Below are positions 10,436 through 23,816 of a DNA stretch of 64,000 bases, in pieces. Each line of letters opens with the position of its first letter. Position 1 is the stretch's first letter. The DNA lies in the NCBI RefSeq assembly GCF_016433145.1, contig NC_058134.1, positions 95,686,882 to 95,750,881 of the forward strand. Direction: 5' to 3'. The notes beneath the pieces were generated by a model. That model did not search any database and was not told the DNA's origin. It was given only the letters and a program-made list of their open reading frames with translations. A program made the translations under genes and the position numbers. This stretch comes from Gracilinanus agilis. Lineage: Eukaryota.

Positions 10436-13400
10436 TGTTAAAATGTTGGTTAAACTGTTATACTAATTAATGGAGAGAAACCCAAAGGTGTGATTGTTTG
10501 ACCGACTTGTATGTGTGCTAAGCCTATCTTATCTGGGTTACCCTCCACTATAACATTGAGGGCCTCAAGGGGATTATCCCTGTGATGGTATTGATACAGG
10601 GATGGACAGGAACCAGTGTTCAAATGAAATCCCTCTATGGGGCGATATAGATGGATTTCTAGGACTTATCAATTTTGCCTAGACCCCAAGTAGCCTTTTC
10701 TGAACACAGCCCTGTCAAGGAGAACAACAATGATGGACAATTATGGAGTCTGATGTAACTGAAGCTTGATAGAGTTGTCTCCTCCAAATTTCCCCTCACA
10801 CCCTCAAACCTAATCAGGTATTCACAAAGAACCTATCTGACTGCGGATATCTTAATAGGGTGTATTTTGTATATTGTATATTGTATATATATATATGTAT
10901 ATTGTAACACAGGTTCAGGGATGGGTACGGAGAGTTGGATAAGAATCCCTATTCAGTCACTATAGTTATGGGGTCCTTTAGCTTCGGCCAAGCCAATGGC
11001 TTTGGCCAAAAATGGCCCTTTCCCCTTTCCTCTAATCTGTCATCTAATCTAATCTGCAGACAGGGAATCAAAGGTCTTTCTCAGTTGGGACAGAGTTAGG
11101 TAAGATGTCTTCAGGCTAGCTCAGCAAGCTTTCTGTGTCCAAGACCCCTCCAGCTGCTCTAGAGTCTAATTGGCCTCTTTGGTGTTATTCAGGAGAGACA
11201 GGAACACTATCAGATCTTTAAGGCACAAAGAGAAAGATAGGGAAAACCCCAGGTATCCAATATCTGAATCTTCAGGTGAGGTAAAAGTCCTTTGTCTCCC
11301 AACAAGTCCAAAGATGAAGTCCCCCTCCCAGTTCTATTTCCCATAATCCTCTCTTCCTCTTCCAACTATCACTCCTGCTCATCAAGTTTCCTTCCTTGCA
11401 ACATTCCAAAAAATCTCCTTTCTGTGCCAAACTTTTCCTACAATTTGTCCCCTTTTCACGTCATGACCTTCCCAAGGTCACTAAAGTGAACCTTTTATAC
11501 TTACCAAATTGTAATCATATCCTATTTCTAACTACTCCACCCAAAATAACAAATTTCCCTTTACTACACTATTGATTTTGCAGCAAAGTTATGGGTATGG
11601 GAAATTTGGGGATTTATAACAATGCATACATGAATTAAAACATGTTTCAACATAATAATCCTTAAGAAACCATCAACTGAAATAAATTAATATCTATTCT
11701 AGCAACCTTAAGCTAATACAGTTTTTTATTTATACTTATTATGTAATTATTCTATTTCCATCAACACAATTTCAACATAAAGTTTACAATCAACTTTTTA
11801 ACTAAACTATTCTGCAATTTAATTCTTTTCCTAAGCAACTTGTAACTAAGCTACATTTATACTAAGACTATCTATAATCACTACTTGTTACATATTTTCC
11901 TTTAAGTCCTTACTCTGTACTCTACTTCTCTGTACAATGTATGTACAAGCTATGATACATATCTACAGACCCTATAACTATATTTTCAAACTATTTTACC
12001 AGTATGTATAAATTTTTATAGACATGTACATATGATACAATATTATTATATTGTTTCCGATTTTTGATGTTAGTCAGATAGAATCATCATTTGATCTTCC
12101 TTTTTGTCCAAGACCTTATGGAACTAACTAATTCATTTACATATTTACATTTTTCAGATTTGCATATCCAGACCCTCGTTTGTCTACACGAGGTCAACAA
12201 ATATAAATCAGTTTGAATTGTGTTTTGTTTCTTTTAAGTTGTGTTGCATGGATATGCTTATTTGTCTTCATGGTGTCATCTTCTCAAGCATCTTACCTGA
12301 AGTTTCTTTTTTTGCTTGTAATTTGTGTTGTTTTTATTCTCTACTATGTGAAATTGACTTGTCATTGTGCTATCGCTGCACTTTCTTACATAATTGTCCA
12401 GTTTATCATCTGTCCACTTCTTACATATACAAACTTTACAAAGTTCAATATCTTAGCTGTCCATTTCAGCTTTCAAACTTTGTCTCTTCTTTCTAGTATC
12501 TCTTCTTCTAGCTTTCCCTCTGGGATGCTGTGTATTTCTTTCTTCCTGCTCTCTGTCATCTTGCTGGTTGTCTATTGTTGACTGTTGCAGTCTCCTCTTT
12601 CTCTGGAACATTTTGTGTAACTAATCTTTTAATGTGATGTTTTTTATGTTTATGATTCAGTTTCATTTCTTAACACTTTCTGTTTCCTCAATACCTTGGT
12701 TCTTATCTAGATGTTCTGCGTTGGTATAAGATTTTTCTGACTTTATGTGAGAACAGTGGATCCGTGAATCCTTTTTTGCAACTTTTATGAAACTCAGTGT
12801 AGTCAGCAAAACCTCTTATGGTCCAACCCATTTTTTGTCTGTACCTGTTTTTCTGCTAAAGTTCTTGATGTAATCTTTATCTCCTGGTTTGATATTATGT
12901 AGACTGTAACCTAAGGGTGCAGCCTGTTGAATTAAACCCATTTCTTGCAATTCTGTTATTCTATTTTGCAATGCCTGTATATATTTGACTAATTGACAGT
13001 CTCTTCCTATCATTGCTATGTAAGCTGGTTTGCAAGTTATTCAAGTTTCTTTATCTTTCTTTGATTTAACTATTGTTTTGATGGATTTCTATTTTGATTA
13101 CTATCTTCATGTATGTTTTCAATTTGATTTGTATCATGTGTTTGAGCTCTCTGAAGTTTTGCATTGACACTTTTACAGATGATGGACTCTTAAGTGCTTA
13201 ATATATACCAAGTCTAAAAACCTTTGCAATATCTTGGCTAGGTTATGTGGATAAATATCCACATACCGGTGTATGTGTATCTTCAGGATGTGTATCTGTC
13301 TCCGTCATTGGTACTAGCAATTCAGTATTGCTTAGATTCCACTCGTCTGCTACATCTGCATTGCCACAGTCTGCTCCACATTCCCCTAAAGATTTAGTTT

Positions 13401-13683
13401 CTAATTCATTTGGACTAATATCCATATACAATTTTGTTGTTTCAGGAGGTGTACCAATCTCTTATAGTGGATTTACTAACGTAATCTTATTCATATCCCA
13501 TTTATCTTTTGTATTTGCATTCACATCTTAACATTGGAAGGGCAAGGAATCTTTAGCTTCCCAGTACATTTTCTGCTGATTTGTCATAGAGTTAGATACA
13601 GGGTATGGTGAGTGCATTTGAGGATCTTGCTCTGCTGTCCTCATGTGGAACTGAGGTATATAGGAGATGTATTAGGGACTACA
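10436..13683 (-). mobile_element. ERV-derived insertion into the L1 just after ORF1; contains an integrase C-terminal remnant (about 12740-13013)
   Basis: Minus-strand peptide LHNIKPGDKDYIKNF...KWVGP*EVLLTT...KVAKKDSRIHCSHIK; L1 resumes at catgaaaaggtaaa 13684; exact ends and TSD not resolved. Confidence 0.7.
10903..11568 (-). mobile_element. LTR-like segment (TGTAGT...TTACA) within the ERV insertion
   Basis: TG...CA termini and LTR-like composition; no PBS or PPT seen next to it, so possibly a solo LTR inserted secondarily. Confidence 0.5.
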
Positions 13684-16600
13684 CATGAAAAGGTAAACAA
13701 GAAAGAGGGGGGAAAAATTTAAGGGCTTCAGTAATATTAAATTGATTATATTCTTATATGGAAAAATGATATCTATAACTCTTAATTGTTTTCATTATCA
13801 TAGTAGATAGAAGAAATATTCATAGGCAGAGGTTGTTGGTACTAAGTTGTTTAAGATGATATGTAAAAAAACAGGGGAGTGGATAGAGGATGGCCCTAAG
13901 AGAAACTCGAAGAAGAAAAATAGGATAATAAATTATACCTCATAAAGAGGAACATGGGTGGGTGGGGAGAAGAATAGGGCAATAAATAAACCTTACTTTC
14001 AGAGGAATCTGTTCTGAGAGGAAAGAGCAGCCAGATGAGGTATAGAATTCTATTTTATCCTACAGGGGAGTTAAGAGGGAAACACGAAGGGGGAGTATTA
14101 AAAGGAAGGGAAAGTTGGGATGGGCCAATTAGTAGACCTTAAAGAAAAATAGAGGGGAATAAGAAAGGATGGGGTGGGAAAGAAAGTAAAATAATGGTGG
14201 GTAATATAACAGGACTAATTAAAAGCAAAACACTGGTGTAGAAGGAAATGGTGAAAGAAGAAAGGCAGGATTAAAAGAGGAAATCAAAATGATGTACCCA
14301 TACACAGTTGGTAATCAAAACTTTGAATGTGAATGGGATGAACTCACCCATAAAATGGAAGCAGATAGAGTGTATTAGAAACAAAAATCCTAACATGTTA
14401 TCTACAAGAAACACACATGAGGCAGGTAGATATACACAGGGTAAAGATAAGAGGCTAGAGCAAAATTTATAGGGTGTCAACTGAGAAAAAGAAGGCAGGA
14501 GTCACAATCATGATATCTGACAAAGCCAAAGTAAAATTAGATCTGATTATATGATAAGGAAGGTAATTATATCCTGATAAAATGTAGTATAAACAATGAA
14601 GAAATATTAGTACTCTACAAGTATGCACCAAATGGTATAACATCCAAAATTTTTAAGGGAGAAACTTTTGGCACTTAAGGAGGAAATAGATAGTAAAACT
14701 ATACTAATGGAAGACCTGAACCTTCCTCTATCAGATCTAGATAAATCAACCAAAAAATAAATAAGAAAGATGTAATAGATGTGAATGAAATCTTAGAGAA
14801 ATTAGTTAGTAGATATATGGAGAAAAATAAATAGGGACAAAAAGGAATACACCTTCTTTTCAGGAGCACATGGTACATTCACAAAGATTAACCATATACT
14901 AGGGTAGTGATGGGTAAACTAAGCTCGCGGACCAGATGCAGCCCCCTGAAATGTTCTATCCCACAACAGGACATTATTCCTAATCTGACAAATACAATGA
15001 GTAGGATACAATACAATGAAACTTTGAAAGAGTTGCCCTAGAAACAGACTGACAGATGAACATTTCCTTTAGTTTGGCCATCACTGTACTAGGGCATAAA
15101 GAAATGCAAAAAGGTAAAAATAATAAATTTTTCAGATCATAATCCAATAAAAATTATATTCATTAAGGTTAAATGGAGAGGCAATTAAAAATTAATTGGA
15201 AATTAAATAATATGATTCTCCAAAATTGGTTGTTTAAAGAACAAATCATAGAAAAAATTAATGCTTTTATTGAAGAAAATAACAATGAGGAAATAGCATA
15301 TCAAAATCTATGGGATGCAGCCAAAACAGTACTCAGGAGAAAACTTATATCCTTGAGTGCATGTATCAACAAACCAAAGAGGGAAGAGGTCAATGAATTG
15401 GCATACAACTTAAAAAACTAGAAAGAGAACAAATTAAAAATCTCCAGATAAAAACTAAATTGGAAATCCTAAAAACAAGGGAGAAATTAATAAAATTGAA
15501 AGTAAAATGACTATTGAATTAATGAATAAGAGTAGGAGTTAGTACTTCAAAAAAAACACAAAACAGATAAAGTACTGGTTAATCTAATAAAAGGAAAGAA
15601 GAACATCAAATTAACAGTATCAAAGGTGAAAAAGGCAACCTCAACTCTAATGATGAGGAAATTAAGGTAATTATTAAGAACTATTTTGCCCAGTTAACTT
15701 GGCAGTAAATACGTAAATACAACAATCTAGGTGAAATGGGTAAATATTTACAAAAATATAAATTGCATAGATTAACAAAAGAGGAAATTGAATTAAACAA
15801 TCCCATCTCAGCTGAAGAAATTGAACAAACCATTAAGGAACTCCCTCAGAAAAAATCCCCAGGGCCAGAAGGATTCACAAGTGAATTCTATCAAACATTT
15901 AAAGAATAATTAATCCCAATACTATATAAACTATTTCACAAAATAAGCAAAGAAGGATTTTTATAAATTATTTGATATAATAAGCAAAGAAGGAGTCCTA
16001 TCAAATTCCTTTTATGACAAAAATATGATACTGATTCCAATGCCAGACAGATGAAAAACAGAGAAAGAAAACTACAAACAAGTCTCCCTAATGAACATAG
16101 ATGTAAAAATCTTAAATAAAATACTAGCAAAAATACTTCAAGTGATCATGAGGATTATTCACTATAATCAGGTGGGATTTATACCAGGAATGCAAGTACG
16201 GTTTAATATTAGGAAAACTATCCATATAATTGACCATATCAACAAACCAACAGAAATCACATGATTATCTCTATAGATGCAGAAAAAGCTTTTGAAAAAA
16301 TACAACACTCATGCCTACTGAAAACACTAGAAAATATAGGAATAGAAAGGCCTTTCCTAAAAATAATAAACAGTATATATTTAAAACCATTAGTAAGCAT
16401 CAACAACTTTAACAAAGTAGGATATAAAATAAACACAGATAAATCATCAGCATTTCTAAATATTTCCAGCACAACTCAGCAGGAAGATTTAGAGAAATTC
16501 CATTTAAAATCATCCTAGACAATATGAAATATTTAGGATATTTGCTAAGACAAACACAGGAATTATATGAACACAACTGCAAAACACTTTCCACACAATT

Positions 16601-17360
16601 AAAAATAGATCTAAATAATTAGAAAAAACATTAATTTCTCATGGGTAGGACAAGCTAATATAATAAAAATGACAATCCTACCCAAATTAATTTACTTATT
16701 CAGTGCCATACCTTATGAAACTACAAGAAACTTATTGAATTAGAAAAAATTATAATAAAGTTCATTTGGAAGAATAAAAGATCAAGAATATCAAGGGAAA
16801 TAATCAGGGGAAAACGTGAAGGATTGGGTTCTAGCAGTGCCAGATTTTAAACTGTACTATAAAGTAGTGATCATCAAAATAATATAGTGTTGCCTAAAAG
16901 ATAGAAGGAAGGGACAATAGAATAGACTTAGGGTAAATGTACTCGGCAAGATAGTATACGATAAACCCAAAGATCCCAGCTTTTGGGACAAGGACCCACT
17001 ATTTGACAAAAACTGCTGGGAAAATTGGAAAACAGTATGGGAGAGATTAGGTTTAGATCAACATCTGACACCCTATACCAAGATAAATTCAGAATGAGTA
17101 AATGACTTAAATATAAGGGAAATATAAGTAAATTAGGTTAACATATAGTAGTATACCTGTCACATCTATGGGAAAGGAAATAATTTAAGACCAAGCAAGA
17201 GATAAGAGAATATTACAAAATATAAAATGAGTCATTTTGATTACATGAAATTAATTTTTTTTTTTTGTAAAAACAAAATCAATGCAACCAAAAATTAGAA
17301 AGGGAAGCAACAAATTGGGAAAAAATCTTTATAACAAAAATCTTTGACAAAGTTCTAGTT
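13684..17360 (+). mobile_element. Older LINE-1, spacer and decayed ORF2 (right part)
   Basis: EN start TLNVNGMNSPIK near 14310, [14 protein letters not shown] near 15856, RT start ISLMNID and IISIDAEKAF; RT core deleted near 16400; many stops. Confidence 0.92.
14905..15086. mobile_element. hAT MITE, 182 bp, inserted in the L1 endonuclease coding region
   Basis: TIRs tagtgatgggtaaact / agtttggccatcactg; perfect 8-bp TSD tactaggg (14897-14904 and 15087-15094). Confidence 0.92.
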
Positions 17361-17499
17361 TCTGGCCAGTGGTCTGAAGTCTATCCCTATGTCTCTGGAA
17401 AATATTCTGGTGGTTTTGCATTATAGAGAAGGCTCAAATTTCTTGAGGCTTTTGATAATTCATTGAGTAGGAAGTTGGAGATAGATAATTCCTACGTAA

Positions 17500-17691
17500 T
17501 TTTTTAAGCCCATACCTTAAGTCTAGAATCAATATTAAACGTTGATTCCAAGTCAGAAGAGTAGTAGGGGCTAAGCAATGGGAGTTAAGTGACTTGCACA
17601 GGATCACACACCTAGCAAGTGTCTTGGGTCAAATTTGAATCCATGACCTCCTGTCTCTAGGTCTGGTACCACTGAGACACCTAGCTGCCCC
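17500..17691 (-). mobile_element. Marsupial SINE (SINE1-like)
   Basis: Minus strand ggggcagctaggtgtctcagtgg...ggattcaaatttgacccaagac... Confidence 0.8.
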
Positions 17692-17929
17692 TCACGTCAC
17701 CCCATCCTGAGTATTTTTTTAAAAAGATTTTCTCATATCATTTGTTTATAAAGACCAGTTATGGCAAGACCCTCATTTTCATTGAAGTGTTTTGTTCATT
17801 TTGTTCATACAGTACTATATACTGACATGAAATACAGAAAAGAGAGCCATTGAGTGAATTCATTTGTTTATTTGGCCTTCAGAACTACCAACCTAAACAA
17901 ATGAATGGTATTTATAGATTCACTTTTTC

Positions 17930-18520
17930 TTTCAGTTTTAATTATAAATTTTCAATTATATATAGAAGCATTTTTTTAGCAGCTGTTATCTGACATTTTA
18001 CTGTCCAGTCAGTCTCCCTCTCTCCTTCCTCTCACCTAAATAAATGATGGCAGATTTTACCAGTGCTGTAATGCAATACATATTTATATATAAATCACCC
18101 ATTAAATATATAAGAAAAAAAACTCATTAAGGAAATAAAATGAAAACTGGTATGCTTTGATATGCATTCAGACTCCCAAGAGTTCCTTCATCTTGTGTCT
18201 CTTGGGTTTATCCTAGAAATTTACATAGTTAATAATAGTTTGATCCTCCACATTTGGCAATGATGCAGTGTTTCTCTTACTGAATATAATGTTCTTTTAC
18301 TTCTCTACCCACCTCACTTTGCATCAATTCATATAAGTCTTCCTGGGTTTTTCTAAACTTATCTTGTTCATCATTTCTTTTGGCATAAAAGTATTCCATT
18401 ATAACCATCTACCACAGTTTATTCAGCCATTCCTAGATTGACTGACACTTCTTCAGTTTCCAATTTTTTGTCACTACAAAAAGAGCTTTTATAAATAATA
18501 TATAAATAACTTTTTAAAGC
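17930..18520 (-). mobile_element. Degraded LINE-1 3' end fragment
   Basis: tttattcagccattcc, tccaattttttgtcactac and similar L1 3' motifs on the reverse strand; ends approximate. Confidence 0.55.
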
Positions 18521-18766
18521 CCTAATTTTGCACATTAATAATATAACTCAATATACCCAAATTCCCTTTTATTGATTCTTTGCCACTTGTTTCTTAGACT
18601 AATACTTACACAATTATATTTGTATAATTTTGGTTTGAATTTTATTGAAAACCTTAATTTCAAAAGGAATAGATTCATGAAACTTTAAAATTTTTTTTGT
18701 TTTTTAATTGCTGTAATTTACATGTGAACTTAAAGACTTAAATTGTTTCTTTTTTTTCTTCCCAAG

Positions 18767-18905
18767 GAGACAGTGTTTTTTCTCGGATGCCACTTATGAA
18801 TGGCCTTATTGGACCTAATCCTCATCTTCCACATAATTCTTTGACTCCTGGAAATGGATTAGGAAATTTCTCTTCTATAACACAATCCCCTTATACTGAT
18901 ACCAG
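18767..18905 (+). CDS. KMT2C: KMT2C coding exon (approx. human exon 32), (G)DSVFSRMPLMNGLIG...PYTDT(R)
   Basis: Pyrimidine tract then cccaag acceptor; donor ag|gtacat; FSRMPLMNGLIG matches KMT2C. The 5' boundary is ambiguous (aag/gag tandem acceptor, 18767 vs 18770) because the upstream exon is outside the window. Confidence 0.88.
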
Positions 18906-19129
18906 GTACATAATTCCAGAGTTATTGTGGAAACTTAAATTATGGTGATCATCAGTAATGTGTATAGATTCGTCTTCACTAAAGAGTATATAACTAACTC
19001 ATATGGTAATAAGAAATTTTCACTTGTTGCAAAAAGAAAATTCCTGAGTCCTATCATTCCAAATCTATCTTCCAATAGACCATGTAGAAATAATTTATGT
19101 CATGAAACTGAGACAATATATTTTTATAG

Positions 19130-19336
19130 GGATAAAAATCCTGCTCTGAATCCATTGGGGAGTGATCCTCATAGCTCCTGGCCATCATCAGTCCCTACTA
19201 TGGAAGGTGAAAATGATACTTTGTCTAACACGCAGAGAAGCACTCTCAAGTGGGAGAAAGAAGAGGCACTGGGTGAAATAGCAACAGTGGCACCTGTTCT
19301 CTACACCAACATCAACTTTCCCAACCTCAAGGAAGA
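19130..19336 (+). CDS. KMT2C: KMT2C coding exon (approx. exon 33), RDKN...STLKWEKEEALGE...LYTNINFPNLKE; 3' end lost in assembly gap; start of HMG-like box
   Basis: tttttatag acceptor; phase joins the previous exon (ag|g); LKWEKEEALGE and VLYTNINFPNLK are KMT2C/D motifs; N run starts at 19337. Confidence 0.93.
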
Positions 19337-19476
19337 NNNNNNNNNNNNNNNNNNNNNNNNNNNNNNNNNNNNNNNNNNNNNNNNNNNNNNNNNNNNNNNN
19401 NNNNNNNNNNNNNNNNNNNNNNNNNNNNNNNNNNNNNNNNNNNNNNNNNNNNNNNNNNNNNNNNNNNNNNNNNNNN
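19337..19476. other. Assembly gap (140 N) cutting a KMT2C exon
   Basis: Run of N. Confidence 1.
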
Positions 19477-22197
19477 CCCGCCCCCCCCATGTTCGTGCAC
19501 TCTTTCTGAGTTGAAAAGACTGACCTTGGCCTCAGACACCCTGTAACAGGTTCCTTACTGCCCCTTTACCTCTGGACTTTAGTTTCTTATTATATATATG
19601 ATTAGAAATATAGGCTGGGTAAAGTTACTTGAAGCTTTCACCTTCTCTTATTGTGAAGTCCTAGATATCTTGATTAATATTTTAAACTTATTACTATCTT
19701 TGTATTTTAGTCCTTTAATCAGCAACCAACTCAGTCCTAATATGTAGCCTGAAAGCTGAACGGTTTTTTATATTGGGTAACTAAACCATCTGAATAATAG
19801 CTGTTTCGTGTAGTCACATTATAATAACATTTTTATTACCATCAACACTATCCTAATGTTGTTTATAATAATTGTTAGTTACAATTATTATAACATTTTG
19901 GGAAAATCTTTTTGTCAGCTGTTTGGAAGATGTGCTTAATTGGGCATTGACTTCAGGCCAGAAGACCAATTAAGTCTATAATAATTATTTTAGGTTAGAA
20001 GTAATAAAGCACTGAACACTCCAAGGTGGATGGCTGTATCAATGAAAAGCAGGGAATTATGAAAGATGATGTGGTGGTAGAAAATAAAAGATCTGGTAAC
20101 CGACTGGATATGTGTGATAAGGAGTCAAGAATGATACCTGAGGTTTAAGTCCCTGCTTTCCTGGTAGGATCATGAATCTCCTGATAGAAGTAGAAATTTA
20201 AATGAGTGAAGAATCTAGGGCAAAAAATGAGAGGGCAATTTTTTTTTTTTTTGGTCATACTGGATTTTAGAGGTCTTCAAGATATCCAGGTAAATATCTT
20301 CAATAGAGAATTCATGATCTAGGATTAAGGTCGGGAGGGAGACTAGAACTGGCTACACAGTTCCAATAGACATCAGCAAAAGAATGATAATCAGGCAATT
20401 GACAGTGAACCATTACCGAAACCCATGTGGCAGTACCAGAATGTGTTTAGAAAAGAAGAAACCTGAGATAAAGCTAAAAAGATCAGAAGACATAACACTA
20501 AATTCCCACTACTGAGAAAGCTTGAATATGTTTGAGTGGGTGTTGTCTTTGAGGAAAGCAAAGTATTTTCTATATATTGTCACAAGGAGATGGAGTCATG
20601 TCATGCTGAAATATCACTCCAGAGTTATAGAAAAGGAAACTGAGATTAAGTGACCGGTCCATGTCACACATGCCCTCAGCACTCCTAAGTGCAGAATGTC
20701 AAATAAGAACAATGGTATCTCTTGACTCCAGATGGTATGGTTATGGTAGACTCCACCACTACCTTGTACTTTTAATGATAGAATGCTCACTTGATTGCTT
20801 AACCACATAGATAGTTTTGAATTTGAACAATGAAGGTGGTATTCATTTGTTTTATTTATATTATTTAATAATAATATTATTTAAGTTAAAGATGAAAGAA
20901 TTCTAATTTTATGTCTTCTGTCTAAAATAAAACCATTCTCTTTTACATTTCCTTAATGTAGTATTTGTAATAAGGAATAAACTATATAACTATAACTGCA
21001 ATTACATGTAACAACCATGCCGTGTAAAACATTTTACAAATACCTCATTTGCTCTTCACAACAACTGTGAGAGGTGGGTACTATTATTAGTCCCAGTTTT
21101 CAGCTGAGCAATCTGGGGCATCCCTTATAGCATTCTCTACTGCGCTGCTAGGAAGTCTGACTCTCTCTCTTTCCCTCTCTCAGTCTCTCTCCCTTCCTTC
21201 CTCGGCATATCTCTCATCAGACTCATTCCACTTCTATCCCTGTTCCACCAGGATTTTTGCATTCACTCTCCTCCCCTGTTGTCTTCTGATCTCATTCAAT
21301 TTGTAACAGCTGTTTTTGTCTTTGTGTCTCTGTGATAGCACTTGACACTTAGTATGTGCTTGTCGATAATTTCTTTGCTGATGGTATTACCTAAATCTGG
21401 AATGTCTTCCTTATTCTTTTTTAAAATTCTTGCCCAACTCAGAACCATTTTCTCTTCTTTCAAAAACTTTCTTAAGTACAAACATAGACTTTTACCTGCT
21501 TGGTCTTGTTTATAGCACTTTTCCTTCATTACATGTATATGTTATTTTATTTCCTTATTCACAGCCATACATTTAAAGGTGAAAGAGAATTTAGAGATCA
21601 TATCATCCAACCCTCTCATTTTATAGATTTGAATAGTGACACCTCAAGATTTTGATTCACTTGTCCAAGGTTACACAGGCAACTAAGTGGCATATTGAAT
21701 AGAAAGCAAGATTTGGATTCAGCAAAAACAGAGTTCAAATCTTCTCTCAGATACTAGCTTTGGGACACTAAGGAAATTTTAAAATTAAGAATAATACAGT
21801 CCCTAGCTTGCAGCAGCTCTGGGGATCAAGTGATATCCCATGTGTAAGTGCTTTCTAAACTTCAAAGCACTATAAATGTTGGCAGTTGTGGTTATACTCA
21901 TTACATGAATTTGTTAGTAGTAGATGTGGGATTTGTACTCACATCCTCTAGTTTCAAATCCATTATTCTTTTAGCTCTTCTGTGGTGCCTTTCCTCATTG
22001 ATCCTAAGCTCCTCAAGTTATCTCGAGGGTCTTGTCTCAGCTTTGTTACTTTCTCCATGTCTCAATACAAGAATGTGAATGCAGCATAGTGCTCAAAAAT
22101 CTGCATGAGCCATGTTCATCCTAAATAAATCGTGGTTCCACATGCACAGCTATTGCAAAGGGGCCCCTTCTCTGAACCTATTCTTGTTTTGTTATAG

Positions 22198-22271
22198 ATT
22201 GGGCCACAAGAGTGAAGCAGATTGCTAAATTGTGGAGAAAAGCAAGTTCACAGGAAAGAGCTCCATATGTG
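22198..22271 (+). CDS. KMT2C: KMT2C coding exon (approx. exon 34), (D)WATRVKQIAKLWRKASSQERAPYV, HMG-like box
   Basis: ttgttatag acceptor, gtg|gtattt donor, 74 nt (2+72). Confidence 0.95.
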
Positions 22272-23633
22272 GTATTTTAAAATAATTGTCCTCTTTATGT
22301 ACTTTATGTGATTGTCATTTATTTCTTTTTAAAGTCTTGGGATTACAAAAAAAAATTTTCCATTTCAATACTTGCATAACTTAACATGGCTTTGCTTTAA
22401 AAGTTATTTTTCTAAATCATTAGATGTTAATGTTGAGGATGTTTTTGATAGGCTAGCTTTTCAAAAGCTGTTGATGCTTAATCTTGAAAATCAACTACAC
22501 ATTTGCTTTGTTTTTAAATTAAATGTGTTTTTTTTTCCTTTAGGGGATCACAGGTGGATGAAAAATGTGTCATTCCTTTCTCAGTATATCTTTCTGGTTT
22601 TTTTTTTTTTTAACAATGAAATTGTTTAGATATAACAGAATAACCTTTGTATTTTGGGAGTGCATTGTTTCTCTCTTCTCCCTTGTCTCCTCTGCCACCC
22701 CTCACCCAATGTCAGAACCACTATATTTTTTTAGATATTTTTATTCTTGAGGACAAAGTTGGAAATGGTTTTGAGGTTTTCCTGTTAGGAGTTTGCAATT
22801 TTTAATTTTCATCCCCTGCTTCTTAGTACTTTTTTTAAAAAAGCACTTAAATTCTTTACTAAAATACAATTTTTGATTCATTATAAGATTCAGAGCATTT
22901 TTGTTTTTTAGCAGATTGAAGCCTTTCTAACTCAGATGAAATACCTCATTTGTAGATTATATGGACTAAATGGTAGCTAATTGGTTCTCCTCTGAAAATA
23001 ATATTTATTATATGCTTAAATAGAGAGCAACCAACCAATTTTGTTTTAGTGAAGGTAAACATTTTTTTTTAATTTTTCTCTTTTGTACTCAAACTTTACC
23101 ATAATTGTAATAGGCCACTTTTTCATGTAGATCAGCCTCTTTTGTGTTTGGCTTTAGATCTGCAAGTTTAAGCTTTTAAAGAAGCAGTGTCTTGTGTCCT
23201 AATTTTGTCTCCTTTCTTTCTGTCTAAGCTAAAACTATTCTCTTTTTATTACATAAATCTTACATGCCTTGAAATAAATGAAATATATATAGATATGCAC
23301 TCAGTATTATATGTTTTTCCTTTGCCCTTTGGATCCATACTCAATGATGGATAATAATAAAACCTTTTCAAAAAGAATCTTTGAATGTGATGGACAATGA
23401 GATGGAGAAACATCAGTTTAGAGTTCAGTCTTTCATAGAAAAGACTGTAAGTCCTAAGAAACATCATTTTTCAACTTTAATTAAAAACTCAGTTTTTCCT
23501 TTCTTTTGCTTAGTTAAGTTTACCTAAAATTACATTTTATTTTAACATGTGAAAATAAAATGATTAAAATAATTATATGCTTACAGCTTACTATGCTTGT
23601 CTCTTATCATCCGTTATTTGTCTTTTTTCAAAG

Positions 23634-23816
23634 CAAAAAGCAAGAGATAACAGAGCTGCTCAACGTATTAATAAAGTACAGATGTCAAATGATTCCATGA
23701 AGAGGCAGCAACAGCAGGATAGTATTGATCCTAGCTCTCGTATTGACTCAGATCTATTTAAAGATCCATTAAAGCAAAGAGAATCTGAACATGAGCAGGA
23801 GTGGAAATTCAGACAG
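23634..23816 (+). CDS. KMT2C: KMT2C coding exon (approx. exon 35), QKARDNRAAQRINK...EQEWKFRQ
   Basis: ttttttcaaag acceptor, cag|gtatgt donor, 183 nt phase 0-0. Confidence 0.96.

Noticed and set aside
12213-12581. 122-aa hydrophobic ORF resembling a membrane protein
   Set aside because: TTG start; lies opposite the A-rich strand of an ERV interior, where T-richness explains the hydrophobicity.
11570-12700. A-rich ERV strand suggesting APOBEC-type hypermutation
   Set aside because: Cannot separate editing from intrinsic composition without a family consensus.
2200-18700. Search for the preceding KMT2C exons (KLYKIPE, LGGKDVEDLF)
   Set aside because: Not found; the region is explained by repeats, so those exons are presumably upstream of the window.
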